64,000 bases of DNA, from NCBI RefSeq assembly GCF_006345805.1, contig NC_043000.1, positions 16,430,001-16,494,000 of the forward strand, read 5' to 3'. The translations under genes were made by a program, and so were the position numbers. The DNA is from Octopus sinensis. Taxonomy: Eukaryota. Shown in pieces: positions 50,218 to 63,709 of this stretch; the first letter of the stretch is position 1; each line of letters begins with the position of its first letter. Below the pieces are notes generated by a model, which was not told the origin of the DNA, ran no database searches, and saw only the letters and a program-made list of their open reading frames with translations.

Positions 50218-50773
50218 TATGCGCACACACACGCACGCACACACACACACACACCACACACACACACACACACACACTTAACTCCTGTTTCCAATAGTCT
50301 AGCTTCTAGCTCTTCATTTAGCTAGGATTAAGATTATTTGAGATTGGAGCTAACTGTATTCAGAAACTGAAAATGTACTGGCAACCTGCACGATTTCCTG
50401 AGAAATTAGCCGTTATCAGACGGTTACACTGCACATCACCTTGACCATCTATAAGACATATTGTGTGAGAAAGAAAGACGATGTCTGGTGCGGGCGACGC
50501 TCTTTCTCACTTTAAAAGAATCTTGATCTAGTCTAACGTTTGTCTCTAGCGTATAAGTCTGCTCGGTACATAATTGACAGACCCCTAGCTAGGGGTCAAA
50601 TAGTCTTTTTGTGGTAGCTTGAGCATTCTGTACATATGAAGCAATGAAATATCACCACTTCCGTTGTTTCAGGCTCGCTGATGGTGTAATATAAGCAGGA
50701 GAATTTTCATTTTTCTACTCGCACCTTCTGATTGGGTTTCTTGTCGAAGTTCTGCGTAGACGGTCAAGATTTT

Positions 50774-50937
50774 GGATCTTTTCTTTTTGAATGCCAGATT
50801 TTCCTAGTTAACTAAAAAATTTGAAACTTCGTATACTGGTAGAATGTGTCAAAAGAAAACATTATTGTAAACAAAATTGAAAACAAAATTGTAATTTGTA
50901 ACTTAAACGTAGTTTAATTTTAAGAATTTTAAGATCC
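50774..50937. mobile_element. Short M1-related MITE
   Basis: GGATCTT...AAGATCC ends; TSD AAGATTTT/AAAATTTT. Confidence 0.7.
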
Positions 50938-51133
50938 AAAATTTTCGTTCATTACTGTTGACGAACATTTGTGGGGCCACAGGTGGTGATCCTTTTGGGT
51001 TTTTTTTTGTTTTGCACATTTGCGATAATAAAATTTCGAAGCTTTAGGCGCACAGGTGTAGTATAGGCGGAGCAGTCGAGATTCTCTGGTATCTGATCGA
51101 TCACATTTTTTTTCGTTATTTTACCGCAAATAC

Positions 51134-51353
51134 TTATTTCTTTACTACCCACAAGGGGCTAAACACAGAGAGAACAAACAAGGACAGACAAACGGATTAA
51201 GTCGATTATACCGACCTAGTGTGTAACTGGTACTTATTTAATCGATAAAAGGTAAAGTCGACCTCGGCGGAATTTGAACTCAGAACATAGCGGCAGACGA
51301 AATACTGCTAAGCATTTCGCCCGGCGTGCTAACGTTTCTGCCAGCTCGCCGCC
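51134..51353 (-). mobile_element. SINE family A
   Basis: Head and body match. Confidence 0.85.
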
Positions 51354-52219
51354 TTTTTTACCACGAATACTGTGTAGTAGAAAGTTACAGGAAAGTATTA
51401 ATATTGGGGAGTGGGGGGTCAACTGATTTTCCTTTCGGGTATTGAGCATGCGCACTCATATGGTTTCATTTTCTGTCACCGCGCGAAATTTCAAAATGGA
51501 ATACAAGGATCCTGAAATACAATTTTGAAAACATAATTCTGAGATTTATTCCCCGTAAATTCCAACGGTATGTAACATGAAATTTCTTTGATATTTCCAA
51601 CGAATTCATGTTGTATGAGCATCACATACAGATGTGTGTGTGTGTGTGTCAAGAGAGTTTGTTGGAGATTTGGCTGTTATTTTGGTACTCATTTTTTGTA
51701 AATACCCTTTCAAGTTTCATTTTGTAGGTACAAAAAAAACACTTAGGAAATTTTCAACACATTTAGTTGTAAAACAAACAAAAAAATGAACACTTTATTT
51801 TAACTTTTGGCGATGGTACGGTTCTCGTAACATCGCCTAACTTTTTACCAAACAAATTGCTATGGCCAAACCAAATTCCTTTCCGAAGTGGAATTTGGTT
51901 TTTCGCCGACTTCTTACAACCTTTCTTATTGCACTGAAACCTGCGCTCTGAGTGAGATCTTCCGGCCTGCTTCACTTTGTAAATTTGGCTCAGTATAGTT
52001 TTACAAGATAGGCAATGCATTTGTTTGGCTAGGAGCCCAAGTTCCTGGCAATAACTTCTTATTATAACTTTTTATGATACTTCTTTTTACCGCGGGAAAG
52101 TTCTCTGAAATTTTATTGCCAAGAAACAAAGCCGGCCAGTGTGGAGTTTTTGTCGAAACTCATCCCCAATCGACTTCTAGGCCATATGAAGCGTATATGT
52201 AAAAAGTTTTATCAAAAAA

Positions 52220-52690
52220 CTAGCAGTATCGCCCGGCGTTGCTCGGGCTTATAAGGAAATAACTATATAAGCATTTTTAGAGTTATAGCCAAAAATTAGC
52301 AAACAAAATGCATTAAAAATGGAAAAGAAATTATGGTAAATTTTTTTTTTAATCGTTGACTCATCGTAGACACTTTTAGAGAGTTACTTCCCTTATATAA
52401 TAGCGAAAAAATGCATTAAAATGGAAAAAATGATGGTAAATTTTTTTTAAATCGTAGACTCATCGTAGACGCACGCTAATACCCAGAAGGGCTCGATATG
52501 AATCACGACTATAAGATACCCACTTTTGGTTAAACTGCACCGCAAAATGTGGGAGTAGTTAGGAATCTAAATCGTAGGAGACAGACACACAACTTCTCTT
52601 TTATATATATAGACTAGCAGTATCGCCCGGCGTTGCTCGGGTTTGTAAGGGAAATAACTATATAAGCATTTTTAGAGAGTTACTTCCCTT
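52220..52690 (-). mobile_element. Helitron H1 (52220-52613) with an abutting second 3' end (52614-~52690)
   Basis: Minus-strand junction ...CTAG|TCTATATATAT... Confidence 0.88.
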
Positions 52691-52879
52691 ATAGATGCCA
52701 ATTCGGGCTTTCTTAGCCATTTCTGTTTTGGTGTCTTCAAGCCATGAAGTCGTTGTTCTAAAAGAACGCTGGTCTCCTTGACAACGCTTTACGACGTTGA
52801 TTTCCTTACACTCCCTTCCCCACAGCTTCACGAGGGAGGGAAGAAGGGGGAGAAGCAAACAGGTGCAGGTGTGACAATG

Positions 52880-53145
52880 GACGCCAACTCCGCCGACACA
52901 CCAGCGTCGGTTGTCAAGCAATGCTAGGGGGACAGACACAGACACACAAACACACACACACATATATATATGTATACATATATACGACGGGCTTCTTTCA
53001 GTTTCCGTCTACCAAATCCACTCACAAGGCTTTGGTCGGCCCGAGGCTATAGTAGAAGACACTTGCCCAAGATGCCACGCAGTGGGACTGAACCCGGAAC
53101 CATGTGGTTGGTAAACAAGCTACTTACCACACAGCCACTCCTGCG
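52880..53145 (-). mobile_element. SINE family C, 5' half
   Basis: Head GCGCAGGAGTGGCTGTGTGGTAAG. Confidence 0.85.
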
Positions 53146-53562
53146 CTATTTATTTATCTACTTGTTTATTTATCTACTTGTTTATTTATCTACTTGTTTA
53201 TTTACTTATTTTGACTTGGACATCAAATTTGTTGGACGAATTATTACATGAATTACCATTAACCAATTTGCCACATTTAAACAAGGTGGTGTGTATTTCG
53301 AGGGAGATTTAGTTGCCACTTCTAGCTAAGCGAGCGAACGCACAGAAGCTCCTTTATCGGATAGGAAGAGTTGGTGTTCGAACAGTCGAAGTGACGTCCA
53401 TGCTGACCTCTACCACACCATTTAGTTTTTTCTTTAAAAAAACCAAAACAATATTTTCTCAGTTCACTTCTAGGTGAGATCCTTCCTTCTGTTCATCATA
53501 TCGTCCCACTAGCTCTCGACTTCAACGAATCAAGGATTATTAATCTTAGTTTATGTAGCCGA

Positions 53563-53962
53563 CTAGCAGCATTGCCCGGCGTTGCCCTGGTATGTAAGAG
53601 CCCCTAGTAGGCAACGACTAATCCCAATCTAGTTCTTTCCCTCCAGGGAACGAAGGCGCATGTGTAGGTTGCAATGTCTTCTCTTCACTCGAATACTTCT
53701 ATGTATACGATGTTCCTAGCTGTCTCCCGACAGACAATGTGTTGCATATAAAAAGCTTAGATTCTCGACCCCATGTCGAATTTATCAATTTTTTTCAGAA
53801 CTGGGGGAGCTTTTGAAAATTTTCGCTGCGTTAGTTTTGTATTATGACATTGGGCTATGTGTGTGTGAAGTTTCATCAGAATCGGTTGAAAGCCGTGGTC
53901 AGGGTGAGGGTACAACCTGACAGCCACACAGACAGACAAACTGCCGTTTATATACAGAGAGA
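53563..53962 (-). mobile_element. Non-autonomous Helitron, third family
   Basis: A|TCTCTCTGTATATAAACGG ... CCAGGGCAACGCCGGGCAATGCTGCTAG|T. Confidence 0.85.
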
Positions 53963-54812
53963 TAATGTCACACCTGAAACCAGCGGCATGAGTAAAAGCT
54001 CACTTGAACCCTCTCAATATAGGTTCACTAAATATATCTAACATTTATTTTAATTTTGGGCTTCTTCACAAATTAAACGGTTAATGGTAGGTCGATTTGA
54101 AAAGACTTCCTCCTATCCCCCCTCCCATTTTCTTGCAAATTTTTATTTAAAAAAAAATTTTTTTGCCAAAAAAACCCACGTTTTCGGATACGGAGATTCC
54201 GGAAAATTGCCAAAAATCAGAATTTTGAAATTTTTTGTCCACCCCACCCCACCCCACCCCGCTTTACTCCTCCCACCCCCAATTTCTTCATTTTCCGCTT
54301 TTTTTCCGTAACCCTAAACCTAAAACCCCAACTCTAACCCTAAGTAGAAAAAGTTTTGGAAATTTTTTTTTCAGAATCTCCATATTTTTCTGCATATTTT
54401 AATAAAAAAAAAATTGGGAAAAAAAAAACTTTACAAAAATTTTAAGAAAGTTTTTTTCAGAATCAATAATCTCCATATTTTTCCGCATATTTTGAAAAAC
54501 AAAAATTCTGAAAAAAATTTTAAATGAAGAATTTAGGGGAGGGGCGTAATTTCAATATGCTGATTTTTGCCAATTTTTTTTGCAGATTCATATTCTCCAA
54601 AGCCAAAAACAGGGATTTGTGTAGGAAAAAAAAATTTAATTTAAAAAAAAGGGGTGGTTTTGGTGGGGTACAAAAGGAAGTCTTAATAAATTAGGAAAAC
54701 CACCACTAGTTGTAATCTTGGCTACGCCCATGGTTTTAGTTTACGTTAAATATTGTCCAATACAAAGGCCTAAGTAAATATATTTGAATTTCAGTGTGTA
54801 AAAGCTCATTAT

Positions 54813-55060
54813 CACTTTGATCACTTTGACCGACCAGTCCGTCAGGCGTCCATTTGACACTGCTGGTCACAGCACGCTGTCCTCTCCTCTCTGGATCGCG
54901 CCTTTCTCATCCACGTGATCCCAATCGTCCTCTTGAAATCGTCACTCCACCGTCGTGGAGGTCTTCCGGGTGGTCTTTTCCGCTCACGCGGGTACCACTC
55001 GACAACTGCGTGCGTCCACCGATTATCGGTGAGCCGGGCGACGTGTCCAGCCCATCTATA
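54813..55060 (-). mobile_element. RTE LINE 3' end
   Basis: YRWAGHVARLTDNRWTHAVVEWYPRERKRPPGRPPRRWSDD; (CAAAGTGAT)2 tail; TSD CTCATTAT. Confidence 0.88.
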
Positions 55061-55538
55061 CTCATTATAAAACCTAGAAACTATGAAGTAAATTAGATAG
55101 TTGTTTAAATTATATTCCGTGTTTGTTTACATATTTGCAGACCACAGTTTTAAATTTTTCTCGATCTTGTCATGTCAAGGACAAATTCAAATTTAAATAT
55201 GTCCAACATGTATCCTTGTTTTACAAATATCATCTTCCTTTATTTCATGTTTCTTTCACACGTCTCACCTCTTTTTTCACATGTTCCTTTTCCTTCAGGC
55301 TTTTTCACGTTCTTTTTTTTTTTTGGCTTTTTATTACCTATGTCTCTTGCTTTTTACTTCTTTGTAGTTTATAAATTGAGCTGTCTTTAACTTTGGTATT
55401 CACACGATATATTCATATAAATATAGGAGGACACCAATGTTTGTAGGCGTATATTTGTATTACATATATATTGTTAAAAACAGCTGTATCATTAAACCAT
55501 TAAACACAAGTCCTTAATTCACAAGCTTTTTACTGAAA

Positions 55539-55936
55539 TCTTTATATATAAAAGAAAGGTTGTGTGTCTGTCTACTCCGATTTAGATTCCTAACTACTAC
55601 CACATTTTGCGGTGCAGTTTAACCAAAACCAGGTATCTTATAGTCGTGATTCATATCGAGCCCTTCTGAGTATTAGCGTGCGTCTACGATGAGTCTACGA
55701 TTTTAAAAATAATTTACCATCATTTTTTTCCATTTTAATGCATTTTTTCGCTTTTATATAAGGGAAGTAACTCTCTAAAAATGTCTACGATGAGTCAACG
55801 ATTTAAAAAAAAATTTACCATCATTTTTTTTCCCATTTTTAATGCATTTTTTTGCTATTTTTTGGCTATAACTCTCTAAAAATACTTTATAGTTATTTCC
55901 CTTACAAACCCGAGCAACGCTGGGTGATACTGCTAG
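55539..55936 (+). mobile_element. Non-autonomous Helitron H1
   Basis: A|TC ... CTAG|T with hairpin. Confidence 0.9.
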
Positions 55937-56223
55937 TGGAATATAAAAAAAAACATAAATCATTGTGGCCAAATATACGAAAAGGATAGGAACTCATATA
56001 TTTGTCAATAAAGTGTGGGTATATCAATCAATGTATACAATGTTTTAGATCCATTTCAGTCGATCAGCATCTCGGACACTTTAGGCCAAAGAACATAACT
56101 CTTAATAAAGCCCTTGCTCAGTTCGCCTATCACAACTTCGTTTCATCTTTATTTCAACACCTACAAACCAGGTGTGACATTTTTCACCTCCAGTGGCAGA
56201 AAGCAGTCACCATGTTTTTTCCA

Positions 56224-56981
56224 TACTCTTTTACTTGTTTCAGTCATTTGACTGTGGCCATGCTGGAGCACCACCTTTAGTCGAGCAAATCGACCCCAGG
56301 ACTTATTCTTTGTAAACCTAGTACTTATTCTATCGGTCTCTTTTGCCGAACCGCTAAGTGACGGGGACGTAAACACACCAGCATCAGTTGTCAAGCAATG
56401 CTAGAGGGACAAACATATACATACATATATACGACAGGCTTCTTTCGGTTTCCGTCTACCAAATCCACTCACAAGGCATTGGTCGGCCTGGGGCTATAGC
56501 AGAAGACACTTGCCCAAGATGCCACGCAGTGGGACTGAACCCGGAACCATGTGGTTGGTAAGCAAGCTACTTACCACACAGCCACTCCTGCCTTTTACTC
56601 TTTTACTTGTTTCAGTCATTTGACTGTGGCCATGCTGGAGCACCACCTTTAGTCGAGCAAATCAACCCCAGGACTTATTCTTTGTAAACCTAGTACTTAT
56701 TCTATCGGTCTCTTTTGCTGAACCACTAAGTTACGGGGACGCAAACACACCAACAGCGATTGTCAAACACAAACACACAAGCATATACTCACACATACAT
56801 ATATATATACATGTATACAATGGGCTTCTTTCAGTTTCCGTCTATCAAATCCACTCACAAGGCTTTGGTCAGCCCGAGGCTATAGTAGAAGACACTTGCC
56901 CAAGGTGCCACGCAGTGGGACTGAACCCGGAACCATGTGGTTCGTAAGCAAGCTACTTACCTCACAGCCACTCCTGCGCCT
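56224..56981 (-). mobile_element. Two head-to-tail family-C SINEs
   Basis: Copies at 56224-56592 and 56593-56981. Confidence 0.88.
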
Positions 56982-57160
56982 ATGTCATTTCTAAAAAGCA
57001 CATGGTATTTGTAAACTATGTTGTCATCCAATATCCAGATATTTAATACTCAGTGCGATACCAATCAGTAAGATCGACTGAACTAGATCTATAGTACTAC
57101 ATACTTTGATTGATATATGTCGGTGCAGGTGTAATTGTGTAACTACAGGTGTAACTGTGT

Positions 57161-57632
57161 AGGCGCAGGCGTGGCTGTGTGGGTGGAGGGGTGGCTGTAT
57201 GGTAAGACGTTTTCTTCACAACCATGTGGTTCTAGGTTCAATCTCACAGTGCAGCACCTTGGGCTAATATCTTCTGCTATAGCCCTGAGTCTGATGTTTT
57301 CTGCTAAAGCTTTGTGAATAGATTTGGTAAACGGTAACTGAAAGAAGCCCATCATATATGTACGTGTCTGTGTGTGTGTGTGTGTATTTGTGTTTCTTTG
57401 TTTTGAAATCGTGTGATAGTTGCAAACGATTATCAGTGTCATACAAGTTGTATCAGTCATTTCTATTATTCTGCGAGAATGTCTCTGGCTATGGGGAAAT
57501 ATTACCTTGTTGAAAATAAGTGAGGGTTGGTGACAGGAAGGGCATCCAGCTGAAGAAAAATTTGCCTCAAAAAATTTCGTCTGACTCATGCAAGCATGGA
57601 AAAGTAGACATTAAAATGATGATGATATATAT
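57161..57632 (+). mobile_element. SINE with family-C head and an alternative (ATG)n-ended tail
   Basis: C head, then ..GACAGGAAGGGCATCCAGC..GCATGGAAAAGTAGACATTAAAATGATGATG. Confidence 0.72.
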
Positions 57633-58025
57633 ATGTAGAAACTACATTTTATTTTCCTGGCTGAGATTTGAAACTGAATCTAAGAATTCTTGCTCATCGG
57701 ATTCACCTGCTATTTGCTGACCAAGCAAATTTTTTACTGTGTAAAAAAAAAAAAAGAATAATGTTTTAGAGAAGCAAAAAATCGGCGGGCATCTTTTGTC
57801 TTCTCCCATCAATATCATCCTTATTCATCACTCATCTCATCAATGTTTTTGCCCAGCCCGCAAGCTACTCCCTCTGTGTTATGCCTTTATGGCAAAATTT
57901 TGAAATAAAGTCTGTTATGAAGGAAGCCACAACCTCAACGGCTGCTCCAGCTGGCAAAGACAATAATATGGCATAAGAATTGACTTATATTGTCACAACT
58001 TACCCAGTCCATGCTAATACTTTCT

Positions 58026-58428
58026 CTTTTTACTCTTTTACTTGTTTCAGTCATTTGACTGTGGCCATGCTGGAGCACCACCTTTAGTTGAGCAAATTGA
58101 CCCCAGGACTTATTCTTTGTAAGCCTAGTACTTATTCTATCGGTCTCTTTTGCCGAACTGCTAAGTTACGGTGACGTAAACACACCAGCATTGGTTGTCA
58201 ACCGATGTTGGGGGAACAAACACAGACACACAAACATATACACACACATATATATATACATATATACGACAGGCTTCTTTCAGTTTTCGACTACCAAATC
58301 CACTCACGAGGCTTTGATCGACCCGAGGCTATAGTAGAAGATACTTGCCCAAAGTGCCACGCAGTGGGACTGAACCTGGAAACGTGGTTGGTAAACAAGC
58401 TACTTACCACACAGCCACTCCTACGCCT
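58026..58428 (-). mobile_element. SINE family C
   Basis: Complete. Confidence 0.85.
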
Positions 58429-59018
58429 AATATGGGAAATGAATGAAAAAATGTTGATGATTATCACATTATAGTCTATACATTAGATTCTTCTTTTGTT
58501 TCTAGCTGTTTCTATTGACCTTCTTCATCGTCTTCTCTTCCAAAACTCACGCAATTATTGACCATTAACAAGAACAACAAAAAATCCTTTTCACAAAATA
58601 ATTTCCATTGCAGCAATCATCAGAAACTCATTAAGATGCCTTATCCATATGTACAAATTCAGACAATACTTAATCGACAATCTTTTGTTGCTTTTGATTT
58701 TATTGATTATTGGTGGAAAATATAAGTTTAATGGCAGTATTCAGGTGAATCAATTAAGACACTTTTATGGATCATAACGTGCAGTTTTATTCACAGGTTT
58801 TAGCTAAAATATTCTTTCAGTTAGAGCTAAAATTTAGAGTTAAATTTGAATTTTAAAAATCTCCTAAATTGTTCATGATTCAGGTTTTTTGTGCATAAGA
58901 AACTAGAGAGATTTAATAAATATAAATCGATTTATTAATTAATTAGCATTGCCTACAATTATTTCAATTCACACTATATATATATATATATATATAAGAG
59001 AACAAAGTGTACATACGC

Positions 59019-59107
<89 letters not shown>

Positions 59108-60679
59108 CAAAATGGGACAAGAACGCAAATCATCCGGACAGCTAGGTGATACAAAAAGGAACAACAAAACATCCAGATAGATGATACAAAGAAAACAAGG
59201 ATGGGTCGTTCGAAGTTTTCTTTCTTCAGTCAAGCACCAGATTATCCTCGCAATTTTGGCTGATTATTTTTGAGATTGCTCCAATCTGGCCAGCCCCAAG
59301 GAAAAACTAAGCTAAGAGCATTAGATTCCTTGGAAGAAAGCAGTGAATGTATACAAAAACAAGAACGGAAAAACAGACAATGTTACACAAATATAAATAC
59401 AATAAAAATAATAACAGGACATAACAACAGGTGTCTTTCGACTAAGGACGAATTGAATTAAGCTGGCACATGTGGAAATGAAGCCTTACAGCAGAGATAC
59501 AAAAATTTCACAAACACAGGGAAGAATATAGCTGTTGCACGGACAACAGTCAGACCAAAAAAGAAAGAGTAGGCTTGGCCGATCGGTCATGTGGGAAGAG
59601 AAGAGAGAGAAGTAGAAGCAGAGGGACAATGTGAGGGGGTGCTATAAAGCTCATGGCTTTAGGTAAAAGATAATATAGGAGGGCCAGTTAATTAAAATTC
59701 TATTCAACATATTCCCCTCTTAGATTCACACACTTATTGCAGTGGTCCTTCAGTTTTTCTAAGCCCTGCAATAGAATTCAGAAGGTTTGGCCTCCAACCA
59801 GGCCTTTGTAATACCCTTAAAGCAAAGAACGTTTCAGTACTTCCTCATAATTTTAAATATGTTATGTCTAAATAAAGACAGCATGGTCACAACTGGAAAA
59901 CCACTGATCTGACCTGGCCTGGGGCTAACCACAACAACAAATAACCCAAGTTCAGATTAGCACACTGATTGCAAATGTTCAGTGAAAATTTTGCTTGGAG
60001 AATAAAACTTAACCCTCTTGCATTTTGTGGTTGTTTAGTCCTGAAGGTACAATCCATGGAAAATATGAGTGGTGTAAACCATTTTGAAAAAGCCATGCGA
60101 TATAAGCTACTTCTGTCTTAAAGGTATAATTTGTTAAAAACATATTGTAAGTATATGCTTATATTTACATGTGTATCTATAGGAAACACTTGTTAATAAC
60201 CATGATTTTAGCGATGTATTGTGTGTAGAGAAAGTAAAATACAAGACCGTTTCTTTGACATTTATTGGGAAACATACACACAACACAACACACACACACA
60301 CACACAACACACACACACACACACAACACCCCCCACACACACACACGCAAAGAAAAACTCGGTTGTTATGTTCCCATTAAAGGATATTTTCAGGGTCTCT
60401 GTTCATACCCGTAGCACAGGTTTTGCAAGTTGCATTTAGATTGTGTGTATATAACAGATGTGAGCTATAGGTTAACCTATCTGATACCAACCTGCCTGAG
60501 ACAACCCTGCTTTTACGATACTTCTTTCTTGTTTTAAAGTGATCTGATTTAAAACCTCCCATCAAAATTTCACGTTGGTTTATGTCCCAAACACCAGCTT
60601 TATAATAACAAAGTTATTTAACTAGATTCTTCATTGCTTTCAAAATAAATCAAAACAAAGGCAGGGCAGTTTCTTTTAA

Positions 60680-60889
60680 CCCTTTTGTTACCAACCTGGC
60701 TGAAACCACCTCTGGCTCTGAGTACAAATGTCTTGTTTTCATAAGTTTTGAATGAAAATCTTCTACCAAGCCTTAGTCACAATTTATGTCCCTAACACTA
60801 GCTGAAGTTATTTTACTAAATTTGTTGTTATATTTAAAGTAATTGAAAGAAACACAGAGAACCTCAAAATAAATACAGTAACAAAAGGG
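60680..60889. mobile_element. piggyBac-like MITE
   Basis: TTAA|CCCTTTTGTTAC ... GTAACAAAAGGG|TTAA. Confidence 0.88.
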
Positions 60890-61127
60890 TTAAGGGGTAG
60901 TGTAAAGTTGTATTGTATGCATTGGAGTCACTAGCATAGCTGGGGGTGTAAAGTCAGTCTGCCCTGGGTGGCACTTTTAAAAGGGGCAGCACTTTTGGGT
61001 CTGTTGTAGGCAAGGTGTGTTTTTTGTGGGGTCCAGGGGCGGCAAATAGAAGGACTGCCCTGGGTGGCATACACTCTACCACACTAGTGGTTGGAGTTTA
61101 TGTTGTTAAAAGTGACAGCAAATAGGT

Positions 61128-61790
61128 TCATCATCATCATCATCATCATCGTTTAATGCCCGTTTTCCATGCTAGCATGGGTTGGACGGTTTGACCGGGT
61201 TCTAGGAAGTCAGGAGGCTGCACCAGGCTCCAGTTTGATCTGGCAGTGTTTCTACAGCTAGGTGCCCTTCTTAATGCCAACCACTCCATGAGTGTAGTGG
61301 GTGCCTTTTACATGCCACCGGCACAGGGGCCAGAGAAGGCTGGCAAACGGCCACGATCGATTGGTGCTTTTTATGTGTCACCAACACAGAAGCCAGTCAG
61401 GTGGCACTGACATCAGCTACGTTCGGACAGTGTTTTTACGTGCCACCGGCACGAGTATCTTAACTACAATTTCCATTTGATTTTTATTTTGATGTTGATG
61501 TTGACGTACTTGACTCAATAGGTCTCCTGAAGAGCAGCGGGTCACTCTACGATCCAAATGTTAGCACAGCAGGCTGTCCTGCGAGCCGTGAACTTACTTC
61601 GTTTGTCGGGTCTTCACAGTCACAGCATATCTCTGAGGTCTCGGTCTTCGTCATTTCCTGTGAGGCCCTACATGCCACCGGTACGAGTATTACAACTACA
61701 ATATCCATTCGATTTTTATTTTGATGTTGATGTACTTGACACAATAGGTCTCCTCAAGCACAGCAGGCCAATGAAAATAAGGGGAAATAT
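61128..61790 (-). mobile_element. Retroposon 3' segment, same family as 39098
   Basis: (CAT)n start and TGCCACCGGCAC-containing units. Confidence 0.65.
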
Positions 61791-62128
61791 TGAGGTAATG
61801 TAATCTAACTTTGGGGTACATCAGATTTCGTAGATAAGTCAGTAAGGGAAGCGCTGATGGCAGATGCTGCATTCTGAGAGGAAGCTTCTAATCCAAGAAA
61901 TGAGGGATAGAGAGAGATGTTAGGTGAGTAACTTAGCAGATTCTCATGCAGAACACCAACAATGTTTTATGGTATCAATGGTACCAACATTGCTGTTGTG
62001 GAAGTTTTCAAAAGTGAGAGATTACTCATGGCATAGAAGAACAAAAATTCCAATAGATCTGACTTTATGAAAGATATACTGACGACCACTGAGGAAGCAC
62101 ATACAACAGATCTGTACTTAAAATAGTG

Positions 62129-62514
62129 TGGAGGTGCAATGACCCAGTGGTTAGGGCAGCGGACTCGCGGTCATAGGATAGCGGTTTCGATTCCCAGACC
62201 GGGCGTTGTGAGTGTTTATTGAGCGAAAACACCTAAAGCTCCACGAGGCTCCGGCAGGGATGGTGGTGATCCCTGCTGTACTCTTTCACCACAATTTTCT
62301 CTCACTCTTACTTCCTGTTTCTATTGTACCTGTATTTCAAGGGTCCGCCCTTGTCACTCTCTGTGTCACGCTGAATATCCCCGAGAACTACGTTAAGGGT
62401 ACACGTGTCTGTGGAGTGCTCAGCCACTTACACATTAATTTCACGAGCAGGCTGTTCCGTTGATTCGGATCAACCGGAACCCTCGTCATCGTAACCGACG
62501 GAGTGCTTCCATCC
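62129..62514 (+). mobile_element. SINE family B
   Basis: Complete; TSD ACTTAAAATAGTG. Confidence 0.9.
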
Positions 62515-63709
62515 ACTTAAAATAGTGCTCATGCTGTTGTTGCCATTTTTGTTGTTGTTGTTTTTCTTCCTCTTCTTCCCCTTCTTCCTCTTCTTCTTCA
62601 TCCCTTCTTCTCCTTCTTCATCCCCTTCTTCCCATTCTTTTTCTTCATCTTCCTCCTTCTCCCCATCCCCTCCTCTTCTCCTTCCCCTTCCCCTTCTTCC
62701 TCTTCTTGCTGTTGAGGCAGATGCAGTTTATGTGCCCTTAATTCAATTCAACTCTGTTAATTGAAAATAAAAATAATGTTAATGGTTCAAACCACTGAGG
62801 TTCTCCTTGATTTTTCAACCTCAATGGCCAATAAAATAAATACTAATCACATACTCACTTAATGATATCTCCTTCCTTTAAAGAGGTTTTTTTTTTTTTC
62901 TTCATGTCTTCAGCAAATATTAGAAATCATTACTTTTCTCATAAAAAGCAGAATAGTATAAAATTAAGGGTGTCTAACGAAGTAAATGAGATGCCAGCAC
63001 TAATGTTCCTGGATCAATTAAATGGATAGGTTTGCTGTGAAACAGGCTGTTGCACACAAATCAACATATGTAATAACCAGATCAAATGGTAAGGCTGGAT
63101 GAAATATGTTGTCATCATCATCATCATCCTCATTATTATTTGATGTCCACTTTTCCATGCTTGCATGGCCCAGATGGAATTGGTTGAGACAGGTTTTCTA
63201 TGGCTGGATGCTCTTCCTGTCACCAAGTCTCACATGTTTCCTATCATGATATAATATTTTCTCAGAGCTAGCTTATGCTTTCACAAAAGACTGGAAATAA
63301 ATAACTTTGCTTGTATGATGATGATGGTGGTGGTGGTGGTGGTGGTTGTGTTGATGATGATGAGGATGATACTCATTTACAAGCATTACATGATGTCTAG
63401 ACAAGGCTATGCTCAAATACACACGCACACACACACATACATACAACACAACACACACACAAACACATACAACACACAAACACACACACAACACACTCAC
63501 ACACATACATACAACAAACACCACACACACACACACACTCACATATATATACATATATATGACAGGCTTCTTTCAATTTCTGTCTACTAAATTCACTCAA
63601 AAGGCTTCAGTCAGCCCAGGGCTATAGCAGAAGACACTTGCCCATGGTGCCACGCAATAGGATTGAACACAATACTACATGGCTGGGAAACAAGCTTCTT
63701 AACCACACA

